Assembly: GCA_977018835.1 (NCBI GenBank)
Contig: OZ361259.1
Location: 1-64,000 of the forward strand
DNA length: 64,000 nt
Origin: Minutocellus sp. GHC0000111
Lineage: Eukaryota
Direction of reading: 5' to 3'
Shown: positions 59,511-64,000 of the stretch, piece after piece
How the letters are laid out: each line of letters starts with the position of its first letter
Numbering within the stretch: the first letter of the stretch is position 1
The notes under the pieces: model-generated
Told to the model about the DNA's origin: nothing
Seen by the model: the letters and a program-made list of their open reading frames with translations, nothing else
The model's database searches: none
Made by a program: the position numbers and the translations under genes

Positions 59511-60306
59511 ATGCCCTCGTCAACTGATCAGCGCTGCCTCGTGCTATGCCGTCATGCGCAAGCGAAATCGAACATCGGACGGTAAAGCAGCAAGCGGCAC
59601 CACCGACGAACACCACGACACTCGGCAGCACCTGACCTGCCCATCGCCCCAGGACCTCCCGCCGTTCGCTCAACAATTGGAGGCCGACTCTAATCTCCAT
59701 CGCGTAAGCCTACGAGAATGGGAAGATGCCGAATGGCGCAAAAGTTCTGGTTGGGTCGGACGGGACTACATCCACAACACATCCAGTCGCGCCGTACAAG
59801 TCTTGTCCTACTACTACAATGACGACGCCGATAGCAAGGAGATGATAGGGGTGGTTTGGTTCGGCCCAGATGCCGAGAGTCATCGGGGACTGTGCCACGG
59901 CGGGGCCATGAGCTCATTGATGGACGATTTCTGCGGACACTGTGCATTTGTGACCAGTGACGCTCCGTGGAGCGGAGCTACTGTGCAAGTCAATGTTGCC
60001 CTATCGAAACCGGTCAAGGTTGGGTCAGTACTGCGCATCGTGGGCAGGGTGACCAAGAGAGAACGACGAAAGGCATATGTCGAGGCGTCGCTAGACGATG
60101 GGGGCGAGGATCCTGCCATCTATGCCAAATTGGAGGGACTTTCGATCGATGGAGTGCGCATGTCGGTCAAGGATGACGAAATGTCGCAGAGGCAATGGGA
60201 GGTTCATACCTGCGATAAGGGACGGCGGCATCGGAGAGATTCCGGGTGGAACATCCAACCGGGGTCGATCAAACTGTCAAGTAGCTTGACGGATTCTATA
60301 AGCTAG
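59511..60306 (+). pseudogene. Hotdog thioesterase, copy 2, with a 38-bp deletion near the start
   Basis: Lacks the equivalent of 27362-27399, so the original ATG is out of frame. An ATG at 59491 is in frame. Confidence 0.75.
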
Positions 60307-60594
60307 AAGGTCGAGTAGTTTGAAGAGCTCTTGACCAAGCAATGATTTCGGGACTAATAATGGTCCCGTTTCTTCTCACTCCACAGCATTCGCAAAGTGG
60401 TGGAACCGCCTGCGCAGTTGTGAGGCGCTACAGTAAGCAAAGTCTGAAAGTAGGAAGTCATCACGCAAGTCGCAAGTAGGAATTCCATGGAAGTGAAAAT
60501 CAGTCGACCGAGCGGATCGATTTGGCGCGACGACATAATTTCCAAAATCAACACACAAAACCTTGAGAACAAAATCACAAAATCCACAAACACA

Positions 60595-60912
60595 ATGGCC
60601 ACCATCGTCGAACCTATCAAGAATTTCGCCCATATATCCCACGGAATTGCTGAAGCAACTTCAGAATTCCTCGAGGACTCTACTTTGGGCAGCCCTCTTC
60701 CCAACTATGCCCACGATGAAAAGAAGGCCGATGAGGACAAGGCCCACTTGGCAGACAAAATGTATTGTAAAATCGCCGCAGCACCTGGTGAGATTGTAGC
60801 TAGAGTAGCTGAAGGAACCGCTGACTTGTCGAAGACACCACCGTCGGCCAGCCTTGGCCAGCCAAAACCAAATCACGCATGCAACGAGAAGAAAGTAGAG
60901 CAAGATATGTAG
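60595..60912 (+). CDS. Small hypothetical protein, copy 2
   Basis: Duplicate of 28470-28787. Confidence 0.4.
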   Translation: MATIVEPIKNFAHISHGIAEATSEFLEDSTLGSPLPNYAHDEKKADEDKAHLADKMYCKIAAAPGEIVARVAEGTADLSKTPPSASLGQPKPNHACNEKKVEQDM

Positions 60913-61197
60913 AAATTCCCGAATGCTCTCGTGGCGATCTCAGCTGGGATGGAAAACTTTGGAATATTAACTGTGAATCACCCTCTTTCCACATTTTGGG
61001 CGTCAAGGACGGCGAAGGATGTGAATATCAAAACAATAAATAAAATATATGTGTGTAGAAGACAGTGATATCGAACAAAATGTGATTTAATTGATCTACG
61101 AACTCGTATGCCTATGGACCCTCCATACAGCCATCATGAGGGGGAACATCTCGATATCTCTACATCAGCATCAACTCTTATGGAATCAAAACTGAAT

Positions 61198-61824
61198 CTA
61201 AAGTCCATCGATAACGTCCATAATCTTCTTGCATGCACCATCGATATCATTCATTTCCACCCGTAGGCATTCACTTTTCATGCAATTGTCCTTGACCATC
61301 TTCTCGCAGAGTTCGACTCGGTCCTTCTTGAGCTTCATGGTCAGGTCGTCGTCAATTGGGCTGATGGTAACCTGCATGGCCGTTGGATTCACATTCAAAC
61401 TTTCACGCACTATGCGTTCGCAGGCCATCACTCGTTGCTCCGTATATCCACCGACCAAATTGATAACAGCATCTGCATCCGTGAGTGCATCCTCCTGCCA
61501 GCCCAGCCAATCCTGACCAACAATGTCCAGCAAATCGCCTCCATCCCAATCTCGTAGCGATACCCGTGGGTTGGCGTTCAGATATGCCTTGCCAACCCAA
61601 CCAAAATCCGAGGAAACTCGCGCCGGCGCTGCAGCTAAGAAGGCATTGCGGCATAATATTTTGACCGAGTGGCCCTGCGAGCCCAGTGTTGCCGCGACTC
61701 TTTGTCCTATCTTGCCCGTTCCTCCTGGAATGACGACGTTCAGAGCATTGACGACATGGACATTTGCCGAAAGTAGAAGCATGAGGCTGAGCGCCAGCGA
61801 AGAGATGGAAGTTGCTGAAAGCAT
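61198..61824 (-). CDS. NAD(P)-binding Rossmann-fold protein, copy 2
   Basis: Duplicate of 29073-29699 with one I/V change. Confidence 0.8.
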   Translation of the reverse strand: MLSATSISSLALSLMLLLSANVHVVNALNVVIPGGTGKIGQRVAATLGSQGHSVKILCRNAFLAAAPARVSSDFGWVGKAYLNANPRVSLRDWDGGDLLDIVGQDWLGWQEDALTDADAVINLVGGYTEQRVMACERIVRESLNVNPTAMQVTISPIDDDLTMKLKKDRVELCEKMVKDNCMKSECLRVEMNDIDGACKKIMDVIDGL

Positions 61825-62911
61825 TTTTTCTTGATTGTAAATATATGCAGTTCTTGAATTCTCGCGGTGCGCCCGTGCAAAACCTCGATCAAGAGCAGAA
61901 GAGATCCTTATTCCTTAGGCGGCAGCTTCGGTAGTTGAAGATATCTTGGCCAGCGAACGACACTTTGACGACGATTGGCTGGAAATTCCGACGGCTTTCA
62001 AGTCAAGTAAGACAAACAAAACTAGCTAGGCAAAACGGAAAGATACCGGTGCGTCTGCGTATTCTCTTCGCTCTGTCGTTTGCTTGCAGTGGCGAATGGC
62101 AACCAAAGGCAGGGGACAGTGAGCATGGCTGAGGGCCAGGAGGGTTGAACAACGAACCGAACAATGAGATATGTTTGAGGCACTAAAATGCTTTCGGCAT
62201 GCCACTAAAGCAACCCAATGTGAGTTGCCGATGCCGGCGTAGGCAGCAAGAACAAGGGGGTCGGACCTCAAATTTGGGGGGCTCTTGGGGGGTAGTTGAG
62301 GGGGTTGTTGTTGTTTCTCCTATTTTACCCTACGTAGGGAATTGCCCGTCAGTTAGTGCGCATCGAGTTGGAACCGACTCGGTCGACTAAGTCTAGCCCT
62401 CGTTTCCTCGTGTGGATCGAGATCCTGACGGAGGAGGCTGAGTTCTGTGTGTGGTAAAAAAGGACGCTCTGGAGGCAGAGTCCTGCAGCAGGCTTAGAAC
62501 AGATTTTTCGACTTATGGCTTCGTCAACGTTGTGGGAAGGCGGATCTTGATTGCATCACAGGGGGTCGCTAACAAACGCTAGCTAGTAAAAAATGTGACG
62601 TCACAGGCTTCCTGCACTTTAGCAACACATGTGCAGCTGCAAGCAGGGCGAAGTCAGTTAGTTAGTGAGGCCGCCGCCTGATGAGCCAAAATCCAAAATT
62701 TGGGGGGTCCTGGGGGGGGGTGCCCTCTAATTCTTACTGCCTGCCGGCGAGGCCGCGCGGCGGTGCCGCCGCTTTCGCATTCGAGCTTTGCCGATGATGA
62801 GCCATTTACAGCCATCTTCTTGAGAGGGCGCGGTTGCGGCTTGACCTTGTTTGAGCGTTGGGATGCTAGCTAGTGCCGGCCGGTCTTCACTGCCTGCGCC
62901 ATTTGTTGAAG

Positions 62912-64000
62912 ATGTCGGACAACGAATGCAAAGAGCGAGTCGATGAAGTGGAGGAGCTTGTCACCAAGCTCTCCGGGCAAACGACAACGATGTGAAGGTG
63001 ATTTCGATTTCGTATGAGAAATGGGAGGACATGTCCGAAGAGGAAGCCATGGTGGAAGCAATTCAAGTGTTTCGGGCGCTTGAAGACAACACCACCATTG
63101 AGGAGGTCAACCTCGAGCATTCTCCTGTTTTTGTCGACGAGTGTTTGGCAAGAGCCATCGCCCGGTCGCTGGCCAAGAATAATCAGTCTGCGGAAGATGT
63201 ATGTGTTAGTCCCAAAATGCGCACTGTCCCAGTTCGCGAACTGGGATCCCAGTTTGCGAACTGAGATTCATTTATCCCAGTTTGCGCACTGGGCCCCAGT
63301 TCCCAAACTAGGATCTCAGTTTGCGCACTGATGCTGCCAGAATGGAAACTGAGATAAACACGCCAATCCGAATTTGGGAACCAGACGAGTTCGCGAACTG
63401 GAACAAAAATGAATGCCAGTTTGGAAACTGGCATTCTCGGCAAGTGTCAGAATGGTAACTGCCGGTGTTGGCTCATGCACAATGATTATGCACTGGTAGA
63501 TCTATCTACAACACAAGTTGCACTGTGCATCATATCTTGAATTTGCAAGCTACATGTGCTGGTACAGTAGCAACATGATGCCGGCATAGCACAGATGCAT
63601 GTACAGTTCATGACTTATATTTGCCAGAAGCAGCTAGCTAGATATTATTATTTATTCACTATGTGTGTTTAGCATCAGCTAATGCCAATTATTGAGTGTC
63701 AGCTCTGGCACTAATGTCGTCTGGACGTCTGGACCAGGGCTGTGTTGCTTCACTATGAAAAAATGAAGCGAGGAGAAGCAAAGGCGATATCATCCATGCT
63801 AAATATTCATTATTTCTCGATTGATCCCAGTTTGCAAACTGAGATTGTGCCTATGATCCCAGTTTCCAAACTGGGATAAATAAATCCTAGTTCGCAAACT
63901 GGGATCCCAGTTCGCGAACTGGGACAGTGCGCATTTTGGGACTAACATATACATTTGTTGTGCTCAGTTCGAGGGGCAAAGCGAGATGAGGATTGTCCTT
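62912..64000 (+). pseudogene. LRR pseudogene, copy 2, interrupted by a full MITE
   Basis: Duplicate of 30789 onward, with the same 5' frameshifts. Confidence 0.8.
63202..63949. mobile_element. TA-flanked MITE, 748 bp, with ~90-bp TIRs built from palindromic units
   Basis: Termini TGTGTTAGTCCCAAAATGCGCACTG... and ...CAGTGCGCATTTTGGGACTAACATA, with TA at 63200-63201 and 63950-63951. Repeated TCCCAGTT-N4-AACTGGGA units. Removing it restores ATG TAC ATT (M-Y-I). Confidence 0.92.

Larger units (their letters stand above)
53446..64000 (+). repeat. Segmental duplication, copy 2 (runs off the window)
   Basis: Near-identical to 21284-31198, with scattered SNPs, small indels and a full-length MITE. 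Confidence 0.97.

Noticed and set aside
63225..63432. CRISPR-like array of palindromic repeats
   Set aside because: Units are adjacent or irregularly spaced with no unique spacers, sit inside MITE TIRs, and there are no cas genes in this eukaryotic context.
1..64000. tRNA or rRNA genes
   Set aside because: No cloverleaf or rRNA-like sequence was recognised by eye. A tRNAscan/Rfam run would be needed to exclude them.

Overview
Gene-dense eukaryotic DNA, most likely from a diatom: it has short GT-AG introns, signal peptide + ASAF-type plastid-targeting motifs and a CoDi-like Ty1/copia element. It holds about 20 distinct host genes, one complete but degenerate copia LTR retrotransposon (7849-14068, 196-bp LTRs, AAAAG TSD), two TA-flanked MITE families, and a near-identical direct duplication (21284 onward repeated from 53446 to the window end, offset 32,162 bp). 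Two systems stand out. (1) A nitrogen-scavenging cluster: triuret hydrolase-like gene + intron-containing biuret hydrolase + divergent NCS2-like permease (36547-40846). (2) The copia element, which combines a Tudor-like domain after the integrase, a putative self-priming PBS, a gag-pol in-frame UGA followed by a GC-rich stem-loop, and two internal PPT-like motifs bracketing the Tudor cassette. Many host genes carry stops, frameshifts or truncating junctions, so this looks like a decaying, rearranged haplotype or segmental copy; sequencing or assembly error cannot be excluded. All family calls come from motif recognition by eye, with no database search.
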